From an uncultured bacterium (GTDB lineage Bacteria > Gemmatimonadota > Gemmatimonadetes > Gemmatimonadales > GWC2-71-9): a DNA stretch of 62,980 nucleotides. Position numbers and translations under genes: made by a program. How positions within the stretch are numbered: position 1 is the stretch's first letter; each line of letters opens with the position of its first letter. Positions 34,919 through 43,361 of this stretch are shown here, one piece after another. The notes under the pieces were generated by a model, which searched no databases, was not told the DNA's origin, and saw nothing but the letters and a program-made list of their open reading frames with translations. The DNA lies in assembly GCA_965653495.1 (NCBI GenBank), contig CBFHAJ010000001.1, forward strand, positions 1-62,980, given 5' to 3'.

Positions 34919-36690
34919 GCCCGTGGCTCGCCGCGGTTGCGCTGCTGGCACCTGGCCAGCAGCCCTCGCACACAGCCTGGGGGGTGGCGGTGCTGGAGGC
35001 CGGCACCAGCCGGGACGCCCGCCAGGAGCAGCTCGCGGTGCGCGACTGTTTCGAGCTGATGGGGATTCCGTACGAGGCCACGCGCAGCGTGGAGCAGGCG
35101 GTGCGCCGGCCGCTCGTGGTGGTCAGTGGCATTCTCACGAACAACCTGTTCACCGCGGGCGAGCGGGAAGCGCTGTACGCCTACGTGGAGCGCGGCGGGG
35201 TCGTGCTCGCTACCCAGGTACAAGGGGGCAGCTTCTTCACGCTGTTCGGTATCAGCGGCGCGGCCACCAGCCGGACGAACTTCAGGGTCAACTTCGGCTC
35301 CGCGAGCGACCCCGTCCTGCGGTATGTGAATCGATCGGAAGAGCGCACGATCTCTCTGGGAGACCCGGCGCTGTATCGCGAGACCGTCTGGTCCACCGAA
35401 TACGCGGCCGCTCCCGGAGCCGCCGTGCTCGCCCAATACCCGAACGGCACTGCTGCCGTTACGGTCAACGCGTATGGTCGCGGGTACGCGTATGCGTTGG
35501 GTCTGGGCTTCAAGGAGACGACGCTCATCCCCCAGCTAGCCCGCAGCTTTGAGGCCGCGCGCCACTGGATCAACTGGTTCGAGCCCTCGGGCGACGTGTT
35601 CCGGCTCATGCTGCGCGCCTTGTACGAGAACACCGTCCACCCGTTCGTCCTCGTCCACACGGTCCCCCAGGGCAAGCGGACAGGCCTGTGCCTCTCGCAC
35701 GACGTCGACGCGGTGGAATCGTTCCGGAACTCGGTGGTGTTCGCGCGCATGGAGAACGGGCTGGGCGTGCGCAGCACGTTCTTCGTGACGACCAAGTACT
35801 TCACCGACTCGACCGACATCGGCTACTACTCGCCCGACCGCGTCTCCTTCATCCGCGCGCTGCGGGCGCAAGGATTTGAAGTCGGATCGCACTCGGTCAG
35901 CCATTCCCTGACGTTCGAGGATTTCCCGCCGGGGTCCCCGCGGGTGGACCTGGCGGACTACGATCCGGCCCGGCCGACCATCTACGGTGAAGTGCGGGTC
36001 TCGAAGCAGCTGCTCGATCGCGACCTGCACCAGCGAACGGTGGGGTTCCGCTCCGGTTATCTGCGCTTTCCCGACGAGCTGCTCGAGGTGCTGGAGCAGT
36101 CCGACTATCTGTTCGATTCCAGCGTGTCGGCCCAGTGGGTGCTCACCAACTACCCGTTCTTCGGATTTCGGCGGCGCGCGCTCGGCAGCCCGCGCTCGCG
36201 CATCGTGGAAGTGCCCGTCACGCTGGACGATTCGCGCGGCGAGCTGCGGACGCGCGAGTTCCTGACGGCGAACTCGGAAGACGAAGCCCTCCACACGTGG
36301 CTCGATGTGATCCGGGCCAACGGGGAGAACAACGCGATCTCGTGTCTCCTGATTCACCCCACCGACACGACGTTCAAGCTCGCGACCGAACGCCGCCTGA
36401 TCCAGGCCGTGCGCGGAGACTCGACCTGGATCGGCGCAGTGGGTGAGCTCGCGGCGTTCTGGCGCGGTCGCGCCCGCCTGCGTCCCGTCGTGCGGCTGGA
36501 TGCGGACGGCCGACCCATAATCGTGCTCGCGAACCTGAAACGGGCCGGCGTACCCGCAGCGCAGTCGTTGGTAGTCGAGACACCGGCTGCAAAACCGGTC
36601 CCGCGAGTGGTCGATGCCGCGGGGAAAGCGGTCACTGTCCGCGCGCGTGCCAGCGGCGACAGAACGGTCCTCCGGCTCGCCCCGTTTTAG
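34909..36690 (+). CDS. Polysaccharide deacetylase (CE4/NodB-like) with an N-terminal accessory domain
   Basis: In-frame ATG at 34909 overlaps the upstream stop by 10 nt. Motifs: ..CLSHDVDAVES.., ..GFEVGSHSVSHS.., ..LLIHP.. The N-terminal roughly 250 aa resemble a class-I glutamine-amidotransferase-like/beta-galactosidase-trimerisation-type fold (weak call). Confidence 0.7.
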   Translation: MALSPWLAAVALLAPGQQPSHTAWGVAVLEAGTSRDARQEQLAVRDCFELMGIPYEATRSVEQAVRRPLVVVSGILTNNLFTAGEREALYAYVERGGVVLATQVQGGSFFTLFGISGAATSRTNFRVNFGSASDPVLRYVNRSEERTISLGDPALYRETVWSTEYAAAPGAAVLAQYPNGTAAVTVNAYGRGYAYALGLGFKETTLIPQLARSFEAARHWINWFEPSGDVFRLMLRALYENTVHPFVLVHTVPQGKRTGLCLSHDVDAVESFRNSVVFARMENGLGVRSTFFVTTKYFTDSTDIGYYSPDRVSFIRALRAQGFEVGSHSVSHSLTFEDFPPGSPRVDLADYDPARPTIYGEVRVSKQLLDRDLHQRTVGFRSGYLRFPDELLEVLEQSDYLFDSSVSAQWVLTNYPFFGFRRRALGSPRSRIVEVPVTLDDSRGELRTREFLTANSEDEALHTWLDVIRANGENNAISCLLIHPTDTTFKLATERRLIQAVRGDSTWIGAVGELAAFWRGRARLRPVVRLDADGRPIIVLANLKRAGVPAAQSLVVETPAAKPVPRVVDAAGKAVTVRARASGDRTVLRLAPF

Positions 36691-37328
36691 GGGATCCCGA
36701 TCAGCTTGTGAGTTTGCAGACTGAGGCGCCAGCGCGGGTGCGCGAGGCAGTAGCGGATGGCCTGAGCCGTGTTGGCTTCGCGATCGGGGCCGTCCATCGG
36801 CTGCAAGAAGAAGTGCTTGAACGCGAGCGTCTCGAACCGCTCGGGCTCCGCTCCCGGCTGCGGGAATACCAGCTTCAGCTCATCGCCTGACCGCAGCACC
36901 AGGTCGGCGCGCGCCTTGGGGCTGACACACGTCCAGTCGACTCCAGCGGGCGGGACGATGGTGCCGTTCGTCTCGACCGCCACCGCGAACCCGGCCTCGT
37001 GCAGGGCCGCGATGAGCGGCGGGTCGAGCTGCAGCAGCGGCTCGCCGCCCGTGCAGACGACGAACGGTTGCGCGGTGCCGACGCGAGCGGCGGGCCACGC
37101 CGCCGCGACCGCGCGCGTCAGCGCCGGCGCGGAGTCGAACTTGCCGCCCCCCGGACCGTCCGTCCCCACGAAGTCGGTATCACAGAAGTCACACGTCGCG
37201 GTGACGCGATCGGCCTCGCGCCCCGACCACAGGTTGCAGCCGGAAAATCGCAGGAACACGGCCGGCCGCCCCGTGTTGGCCCCCTCACCTTGCAGCGTGT
37301 AGTAGATCTCCTTGACCGCGTAGCTCAC
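36687..37328 (-). CDS. queE: 7-carboxy-7-deazaguanine synthase
   Basis: Trimmed from the 337-aa track ORF to the GTG at 37328 (GTGA overlap with queC). Sequence: ..[36 protein letters not shown].. and ..FLQPMDG... Confidence 0.85.
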   Translation of the reverse strand: MSYAVKEIYYTLQGEGANTGRPAVFLRFSGCNLWSGREADRVTATCDFCDTDFVGTDGPGGGKFDSAPALTRAVAAAWPAARVGTAQPFVVCTGGEPLLQLDPPLIAALHEAGFAVAVETNGTIVPPAGVDWTCVSPKARADLVLRSGDELKLVFPQPGAEPERFETLAFKHFFLQPMDGPDREANTAQAIRYCLAHPRWRLSLQTHKLIGIP

Positions 37329-38059
37329 GACGCCACTTCCTTGCCCTGTTGGTAGCGGATCGGATCGCGCGCACCCGCCTCCGCGAACCCCTTGCGCCGC
37401 AAGATGCAGGCGTCGCAGCGCCCGCACGCGGCGCCGTCCGGCGCAGGATCGTAGCAGCTCGTAGTGAGGCCATAATCGACGCCCAGCGCGAGGCCGGTCT
37501 CGATGATCTCTTTCTTGGTGAGCCGGATCAGCGGCGTGTGAATCGTGAAACCCGCTCCGTCTTCGACACCCGCCCGGGTCGCGAGCGTGGCCAGCTGCTG
37601 AAACGCCGCGATGTACTCCGGCCGGCAGTCGGGGTAGCCGCTGTAGTCGAGGGCGTTCACCCCAATGAAGATATCCCTGGCGCCAAGCACCTCGGCCCAC
37701 GCAAGCGCGAACGACAGGAAGATGGTGTTGCGTGCCGGCACGTACGTGACGGGGATGGCGCCCGCACCCATCGCGTCCGGCGCGCGATCCTTGGGTACCG
37801 CGATGTCGTCCGTCAGCGCCGAGCCGCCGAACTGCCGCAGGTCCAGCTCGATGACCTCGTGCCGCGTCACGCCGCGCGCCTGGGCGACGCGGCGAGCCGC
37901 GGCGACCTCGAGCAGGTGACGCTGTCCGTACGCGAAGGTCAACGCGTAGATTTGGAACCGTTGGCGCTGCGCCAGCGCGAGCGTCGTGGTCGAATCGACG
38001 CCCCCGCTCAACAGCACCACCGCCTTCGCACCCTCACGTGACTGCGTGACCATTCGCAT
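37325..38059 (-). CDS. queC: 7-cyano-7-deazaguanine synthase
   Basis: [10 protein letters not shown]-loop. C-terminal Zn-binding cysteines ..[16 protein letters not shown]... 244 aa. Confidence 0.9.
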   Translation of the reverse strand: MRMVTQSREGAKAVVLLSGGVDSTTTLALAQRQRFQIYALTFAYGQRHLLEVAAARRVAQARGVTRHEVIELDLRQFGGSALTDDIAVPKDRAPDAMGAGAIPVTYVPARNTIFLSFALAWAEVLGARDIFIGVNALDYSGYPDCRPEYIAAFQQLATLATRAGVEDGAGFTIHTPLIRLTKKEIIETGLALGVDYGLTTSCYDPAPDGAACGRCDACILRRKGFAEAGARDPIRYQQGKEVAS

Positions 38060-38091
38060 TTCCTAAGCTACAGGAGTAAAGGAGCCACGCG

Positions 38092-38490
38092 ATGCTGCCC
38101 CGCACCGGACCCCTCCCCCGCCCCGCCAACCCCGCGGAGGCACGCGAGCATCTCAAGGCCGAGGCGTTTCCCGCTCCCGATGTCCAAACCATCACCCTCA
38201 CGGCCACCGAGTTCACGTCCATTTGTCCCCGCACCGGCCAGCCCGACTTCGGCAGTGTGGTGATCGAGTATACGCCGGGGGAGCGCTGCCTCGAGTCGAA
38301 GGCCTTGAAGGTGTATCTGTGGTCGTTCCGTGAGGAAGGCGCCTTCTGCGAGAGCCTGGCCGCCCGCATCGCCGACGACATCGTCTACGCCATCCGGCCC
38401 AAGACGCTGCGCGTGCAGGTCAACCAGAACGTCCGGGGCGGCATCGCGCTGTTCGCGGTGGCGCAGCGGGGGGCTGCCCCGAGCGACTAA
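38092..38490 (+). CDS. queF: NADPH-dependent 7-cyano-7-deazaguanine reductase (type I)
   Basis: 132 aa. ..EFTSICPRTGQPDFGSVVIEY..CLESKALKVYLWSFR.. (catalytic Cys and the QueF motif). Confidence 0.9.
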   Translation: MLPRTGPLPRPANPAEAREHLKAEAFPAPDVQTITLTATEFTSICPRTGQPDFGSVVIEYTPGERCLESKALKVYLWSFREEGAFCESLAARIADDIVYAIRPKTLRVQVNQNVRGGIALFAVAQRGAAPSD

Positions 38491-39140
38491 AAGCCCAGCG
38501 CCAGACCGACCCGCGCCGTGGTCTCCTGAATCGGCGCCTCGAGCTCCTGTACCGCTGTGCCGCCGGGTTTGGTCTTACGGTTCATGCGATTGAAGGCGTA
38601 CGCCGCCGTGCCGTGCAGCCGCCCCGCCAGCCGAACGTCGAGCCCCAGCCCCAGGTCGAGCGACACCGTCGCCTGGCCTCCCCCTGAGAATTTCGGGGCC
38701 GCGAGATAATCGGCGCGGAACGACACGGTCGCGCCGGGCCCGAGGTCATAGAACGAGCGCGCGCCCACGCGCACGGCGCCCACCGCCTGGGCGTCGAATT
38801 CGGGATCGACGCTGCGGTGCAGCACCCCCACCTCGATGCTGGCGTACGAGGCCACGTCATAGGCGAGCCAGGCGTCGACTTGCGTGGCCGTGAACCCCTG
38901 CGAAGCGGTGCTGCCACTGGACGGATCGAAGCTGAAGCGCACCACGCTCGCCTCCGCCGACAGCCGGTCACGCCGGGCCGTGGCCGCCGCGCCGAATCCC
39001 GTGCCGTTGTAGCGCAAGCCGGAGGCGACTTCACGATAGTCGCTGAGCACCACTTGTGGCCCGATCGTCAGGTGCTGACCGAATGCAGCCGGCGTCACTG
39101 CGGCCAACAGGCCGAGCGCGCCGATCGCCGCGCGCCTCAT
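38487..39140 (-). CDS. Small outer-membrane beta-barrel protein
   Basis: 217 aa. Signal peptide MRRAAIGALGLLAAVTPAAFG, an alternating hydrophobic pattern and a terminal ..GLALGF. The start forms an ATGA overlap with the upstream gene. Confidence 0.75.
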   Translation of the reverse strand: MRRAAIGALGLLAAVTPAAFGQHLTIGPQVVLSDYREVASGLRYNGTGFGAAATARRDRLSAEASVVRFSFDPSSGSTASQGFTATQVDAWLAYDVASYASIEVGVLHRSVDPEFDAQAVGAVRVGARSFYDLGPGATVSFRADYLAAPKFSGGGQATVSLDLGLGLDVRLAGRLHGTAAYAFNRMNRKTKPGGTAVQELEAPIQETTARVGLALGF

Positions 39141-40189
39141 CGGTCACTTCCCCCGCTCGGTGGTTTGGGCAGCGGCACCACCGTCACCTGCACCTGCTGG
39201 CGACGGGCGACGTTCTCCCTGGCGATCTCCTGATTGCGTCGAGCGATCTGATCGCGCAGCAGCCGATTGTAGAGGATGTTAGCCTGCGCCGGTCGCGCCG
39301 CCGGCTTGCGCAGCATCATCACGAATCCTGTGACGAGCGCGGCACCGCCCACGATGCCCAGCTCCCGCTTCGAGCTCGATCCCAGGCTCGAGTTCTCGAG
39401 CCCCAGGGTGCCGACGAGCGCGCCCCCCGTATAAAGGAAAGCGAGCCCCACAGGCCGCCAGCTCTGGGGCGGAATCTCGGTCTCGGGAAGGAACTGGTAA
39501 CCTGGCAGGCTCGCAATCGATGGCAGCGTATCGACGGCGCCGTGGCTCACGCGGATCGGCTGCGACGCCGAGAAGGTGTTCTGGCCGAGACGCGCGTCCA
39601 CGACCACGGTGTACGTCCCAGCGGGCACCGGATCGCCGTTGGCGAGCCGGGCGGGCCACCGCAGGTTCACCTGCCCGTTCCACGCGCCCGAGTCGATCAC
39701 GAAGGTGCTCGGTCCTCCGAACGCTCGCACCGCCACCCGGGCCGGCTGCGTGACCGTGAATCGGATCGGCACCGTTCCCCCCCCCGGTCCCTGGCCGCCC
39801 ACGAAGGTTGCGCTGTCCACGCGCAGCTGCCGCACCAGCAGGACCTGTCGCAGCGCCACGTCGAAGGCGCTGTACGCCTTGGGAGAAACGCGGTTGGGAT
39901 CGAGCTGGCGCTCCGGATCGATGAGGACCAGCTGCTTGAACGCGTCCACCGCTTTGAGAATCGAATCCATCGCGCCGTAGGTGAACCCCAGCAGCTCGTA
40001 GGCGCGGGCGCGCTCGCCGCCGCTGAGCCGCTCGCGCAGCGCCGCTTGCGCCAGCGACAGAACCTGGCGGTACTCGAGGTTGTCGTACGCCTGTTGCGCG
40101 CGCCGTAGGGTGGAGTTGGGCGCGGCCTGCGCGAGTACAGAAGCCGGGATGGCGAGCAGTGCCATTGTGAGAAGACAGCGGCGGCTCAT
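39137..40189 (-). CDS. Secreted/membrane protein with an N-terminal TPR-like region, an Ig/FlgD-like domain and C-terminal TM segments
   Basis: Trimmed from track ORF 39137..40297 to the ATG at 40189 (signal MSRRCLLTMALLAIPASVLA). Motifs: ..PVPAGTYTVVVDA.. and hydrophobic ..GLAFLYTGGALVGTLGL.., ..IVGGAALVTGFVMML... Confidence 0.65.
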   Translation of the reverse strand: MSRRCLLTMALLAIPASVLAQAAPNSTLRRAQQAYDNLEYRQVLSLAQAALRERLSGGERARAYELLGFTYGAMDSILKAVDAFKQLVLIDPERQLDPNRVSPKAYSAFDVALRQVLLVRQLRVDSATFVGGQGPGGGTVPIRFTVTQPARVAVRAFGGPSTFVIDSGAWNGQVNLRWPARLANGDPVPAGTYTVVVDARLGQNTFSASQPIRVSHGAVDTLPSIASLPGYQFLPETEIPPQSWRPVGLAFLYTGGALVGTLGLENSSLGSSSKRELGIVGGAALVTGFVMMLRKPAARPAQANILYNRLLRDQIARRNQEIARENVARRQQVQVTVVPLPKPPSGGSDR

Positions 40190-40193
40190 GCGC

Positions 40194-41708
40194 TCACTCC
40201 GGGAGCAGGGTGTACCGCTTGCGCACGGTGTTGTTCGCGTCCACCTGCACGCTCTCCGTAACGGTCTTGAAGCCCGCGTGCTCGATGCGGATCGCATGGC
40301 GGCCCGGCTTCACGGTGTATTCCACGAGCGGCGTCTGCCCGACGTCGACGCCGTCCACGTACACCTCGCCGAACGGATCGGCGGCGATCGTGAGGAATCC
40401 CTGCGCCGCCGCGGGCAGGGGCGACGGAGCCGCTTCCCGTGCACGGGCCTGCGGTGGGGGCTTGGCCGGCTGGACGGGCACGCGGACGGTGTCCTGAATG
40501 CGGACCGTGTCGACGACGGGGGGAGCGGCCTCTGGGGGTACCGCTCCCCGCTCCCCGCTCCTGCTTCCCAGCAAGACGTACCCCGCCACACCGCCCGCAG
40601 CGACCACCAGTGTACCGAGGACCACCCCCACCCGCGACTTGCGGCGCGGGAGCGGCGTCGTCGGCGCGCCCGCTCCCGTAATCTGGGTGGGTGCGTCGGC
40701 CACGCTCATCGTCCGCGGTCGCGCCGGGCCGCGGGCCTTTGCCGGTGAAGCCACGGGCTGCTCCGGCCACACGCCGGTCGCGAAGTCCTCCATGGTCGGG
40801 AAGCGCAGCTCCGGATCCTTGGAGAGCGCGCGCGAAATGGCGGCCGTGAGCGCGCCGGGAATGCCGGGGCGCTTGGTGCTGACGAGCGGTGGCTCCTCGT
40901 AGATGTGCTTGTAAATGATCGTGTGCACCGAGTCGCCGCCGAACGGCAGCTCGGCGGTGATCATGCGATACCCGACGATGCCCAGCGAGTACTGATCGGC
41001 GCGGCCGTCCACCGGCGTGCCCTTTCCCTGCTCTGGAGCCATGTAATGCGGCGTGCCGATGATCATCCCCGTCGCCGTGAACCCGGTGGCCGCCTGGAGC
41101 GCCTTCGAGATGCCGAAATCGGTGAGCATCACACGGCCATCGTGGTCGAACATGATGTTGGCGGGCTTCACGTCGCGGTGCACGACGCCGCGCTGATGGG
41201 CGTGCCCCAGCGCGCAGGCCGCCTCCCACAGGATCCGCTGGATCTCGGGCACCGGCAGTGGCTCCTGCTTCTCGAGCAGATCCTCCAGCGAGGTGCCCGA
41301 GATGTACTTCATCACGAAATAGTTCAGGCCGCCTTCACTCTCCACCCGATAGATCGGGATGATGTTGGGGTGGTCGAGCTTGGCGGCGGTCTTGGCTTCC
41401 TGCTGGAAGCGCCGCACCACCTGCTCGTCCTGAGCCACGTCGGGCGGCAGCACTTTGATCGCCACCTCGCGCTCGAGCGTGAGATCGTGCGCGAGAAACA
41501 CCGCACCCATGCCGCCCTTGCCGACCAGCCGCTCGAGCCGGTACTTGCCCTCGACGGCGCGCTGCAGCCGCTGTTGCATCACGTCGATGCTGCTCGTGCT
41601 GGTCGCGCCTCCTCCACCCGACACATCGGCGCCACACGCCGAGCAGAACCGGCTGTTCTCCGGAACGGGCGTGTGGCAGCGATGGCAGGCGACCGCGCCG
41701 TTGCTCAT
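40194..41708 (-). CDS. Ser/Thr protein kinase with an N-terminal zinc ribbon and a C-terminal PEGA domain
   Basis: Trimmed to the ATG at 41708 (ATGA overlap). Zinc ribbon CHRCHTPVPENSRFCSACG. Hanks motifs GKGGMGAVFLA, AIKVL, HRDVKPANIM, DFGISK and APEQ. A TM helix (VVLGTLVVAAGGVAGYVLL) is followed by PEGA-like ..GFLTIAADPFGEVYVDGVDVGQTPL..GRHAIRIEHAGF... Confidence 0.9.
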   Translation of the reverse strand: MSNGAVACHRCHTPVPENSRFCSACGADVSGGGGATSTSSIDVMQQRLQRAVEGKYRLERLVGKGGMGAVFLAHDLTLEREVAIKVLPPDVAQDEQVVRRFQQEAKTAAKLDHPNIIPIYRVESEGGLNYFVMKYISGTSLEDLLEKQEPLPVPEIQRILWEAACALGHAHQRGVVHRDVKPANIMFDHDGRVMLTDFGISKALQAATGFTATGMIIGTPHYMAPEQGKGTPVDGRADQYSLGIVGYRMITAELPFGGDSVHTIIYKHIYEEPPLVSTKRPGIPGALTAAISRALSKDPELRFPTMEDFATGVWPEQPVASPAKARGPARPRTMSVADAPTQITGAGAPTTPLPRRKSRVGVVLGTLVVAAGGVAGYVLLGSRSGERGAVPPEAAPPVVDTVRIQDTVRVPVQPAKPPPQARAREAAPSPLPAAAQGFLTIAADPFGEVYVDGVDVGQTPLVEYTVKPGRHAIRIEHAGFKTVTESVQVDANNTVRKRYTLLPE

Positions 41709-43336
41709 CGCCGCCCGGGGGTGGGGAGAGACCGGCGCGACACCAGCGCACGGCGCTGCACGAGCGACCGGGCCACGGATGCCGGGGGCGCCGGGAAACC
41801 GGTGTTGCAGGGACCACCGCCGAGCAGCGTGTTGGTCGTGCCGACGCACACCTCATACGTGGTGGCCACGCCCGCGAAGTCCACAATGACCAGGTAATAG
41901 TCGCCGGTGGCCAGGTTGGCCGTGCGATTCACGTCGGAGCCCGCCGTGGTATCGGCCACCAGCACCTGCAGCGCCGTATCTCCCGACTGTGGCACCTTCA
42001 TGACGTACAGGTCGAGATCCTTGAGCGAATCGGGGTGGACGCCGGTGAACGCTTGCAGCCGGAACTGCGCCGTCGTGCCCAGTCCCCCGTTGGTGTAGTG
42101 GAACCGGATCCAGTCGACGTCGTGCGGGTTTTCGATCGCGAGGGTGTCGCGGAACGGGGCCGGCTCGGTGTCGCGCACGTCGGCCGCGTTGCAGGAGTTG
42201 TCGTCCTCATGCGCGTCGGCGGGGAGCTCGCTCTGATAGCCGGCGATCACGCCCACACCGTACCGCCCCGGGGTCGTGTAGATGGCGATCGCGTCGAGCG
42301 CGCCCGCGGGGGCGTTCTTGAACGCGACGAGCGTCGAATCGCCCACTGCCTCCGGCGGCGCGAAGCCGAGGCCGTGACAGGCGTGGGACGACGGGCCGAA
42401 GGTCCACGCGTCCCGGCCCAGGAAGTAATTCTGCGTGGCACCGTTCCAACCCAGCGAGTCGGTGAGAAACGTGACGAACGTACCAGCGATCTGCGGCGCC
42501 GTCAGAACGATGGTCAGGTTGCGCGTTTCCGCCTGGGTGAAGTGGTACCAGTCGACCCCCGTCTTCTCCCCCCGCTTGAGGCGCTCGAACGCGAGCGCCG
42601 GATTGAAGAACAACAGCGCCGGCAGCGCCGCGAAGGGCGGTGCCGCGTCCAGGTCGATGGGGTGCGGGATCGTATCGTCGGGCTCGTACAGGTCACGCTC
42701 GATCACCTTGGTCGTATCGCCGTGCACGAAGCCGAACACGCCGTTGCCGTTGTAGATGCCGATGATGGCCAGCGAATCGGTGCGGGCCGGGAACGGCACC
42801 CAGTAGCTGCGGCGCTGCGTGCCCTCGGCGTACGTCGTGTCCTCGACCTTATTGGGAATGAGCCCGGCGCTGTCCAGGCTCGCCACCACGATCGAGTCGA
42901 CGCCGACCCCATAGACCTTGAGGAACTCGCCGTAGCGAACGGTCTTGGGGCGCACACTGTCGACCTCGATGGGGGCCGAGACCCGGACCGTGTCGGATGC
43001 CGCGCGCTGCCCCGCGTCGAAGTTCAGGGCGGCGGCGGTGACGATCGCCGTGCCGGACGCGATCCCGACGATGCGGCCCGCCTTGTCGACCGTGGCGACA
43101 TTGCCGTTGCTGGTCGACCAGTGAAACACGACGTTGGGGATCAGCGCCGAGTCACCCGGGCCCCGAATCTGCCAGGCGTGCGCGGCGGCCACCGTATCGT
43201 GGCCGCTGAACAGGATGTGGACCGGGGTGAGGCTCACGTGTACCGCGGCATCGTGCTCGGTGGGATAGACGCAGGTCGCGGCCGTCACCCAGCAGAGGAG
43301 CAGCGCTCCCGTGGTGCGGCCGCGCCCGTGTCGCAT
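41705..43336 (-). CDS. Surface lipoprotein with a Big_2 Ig-like domain and two pre-peptidase-C-terminal (PPC)-like domains
   Basis: 543 aa. ..SNGNVATVDKAGRIVGIASGTAIVTAAA.. (Big_2). ..DVDWYHF.. and ..DVDWIRFHY.. together with ..DLDLYV.. (PPC-like). Confidence 0.7.
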   Translation of the reverse strand: MRHGRGRTTGALLLCWVTAATCVYPTEHDAAVHVSLTPVHILFSGHDTVAAAHAWQIRGPGDSALIPNVVFHWSTSNGNVATVDKAGRIVGIASGTAIVTAAALNFDAGQRAASDTVRVSAPIEVDSVRPKTVRYGEFLKVYGVGVDSIVVASLDSAGLIPNKVEDTTYAEGTQRRSYWVPFPARTDSLAIIGIYNGNGVFGFVHGDTTKVIERDLYEPDDTIPHPIDLDAAPPFAALPALLFFNPALAFERLKRGEKTGVDWYHFTQAETRNLTIVLTAPQIAGTFVTFLTDSLGWNGATQNYFLGRDAWTFGPSSHACHGLGFAPPEAVGDSTLVAFKNAPAGALDAIAIYTTPGRYGVGVIAGYQSELPADAHEDDNSCNAADVRDTEPAPFRDTLAIENPHDVDWIRFHYTNGGLGTTAQFRLQAFTGVHPDSLKDLDLYVMKVPQSGDTALQVLVADTTAGSDVNRTANLATGDYYLVIVDFAGVATTYEVCVGTTNTLLGGGPCNTGFPAPPASVARSLVQRRALVSRRSLPTPGRR

Positions 43337-43361
43337 GCGCCAATCTAATAAACGCCGCCTG

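Noticed and set aside
38060-38091. preQ1 riboswitch upstream of the que genes.
   Set aside because: The queC-queF divergent spacer is only 32 nt and consists of an RBS-like AGGAG region. There is no room for the preQ1 aptamer, and its conserved core was not seen.
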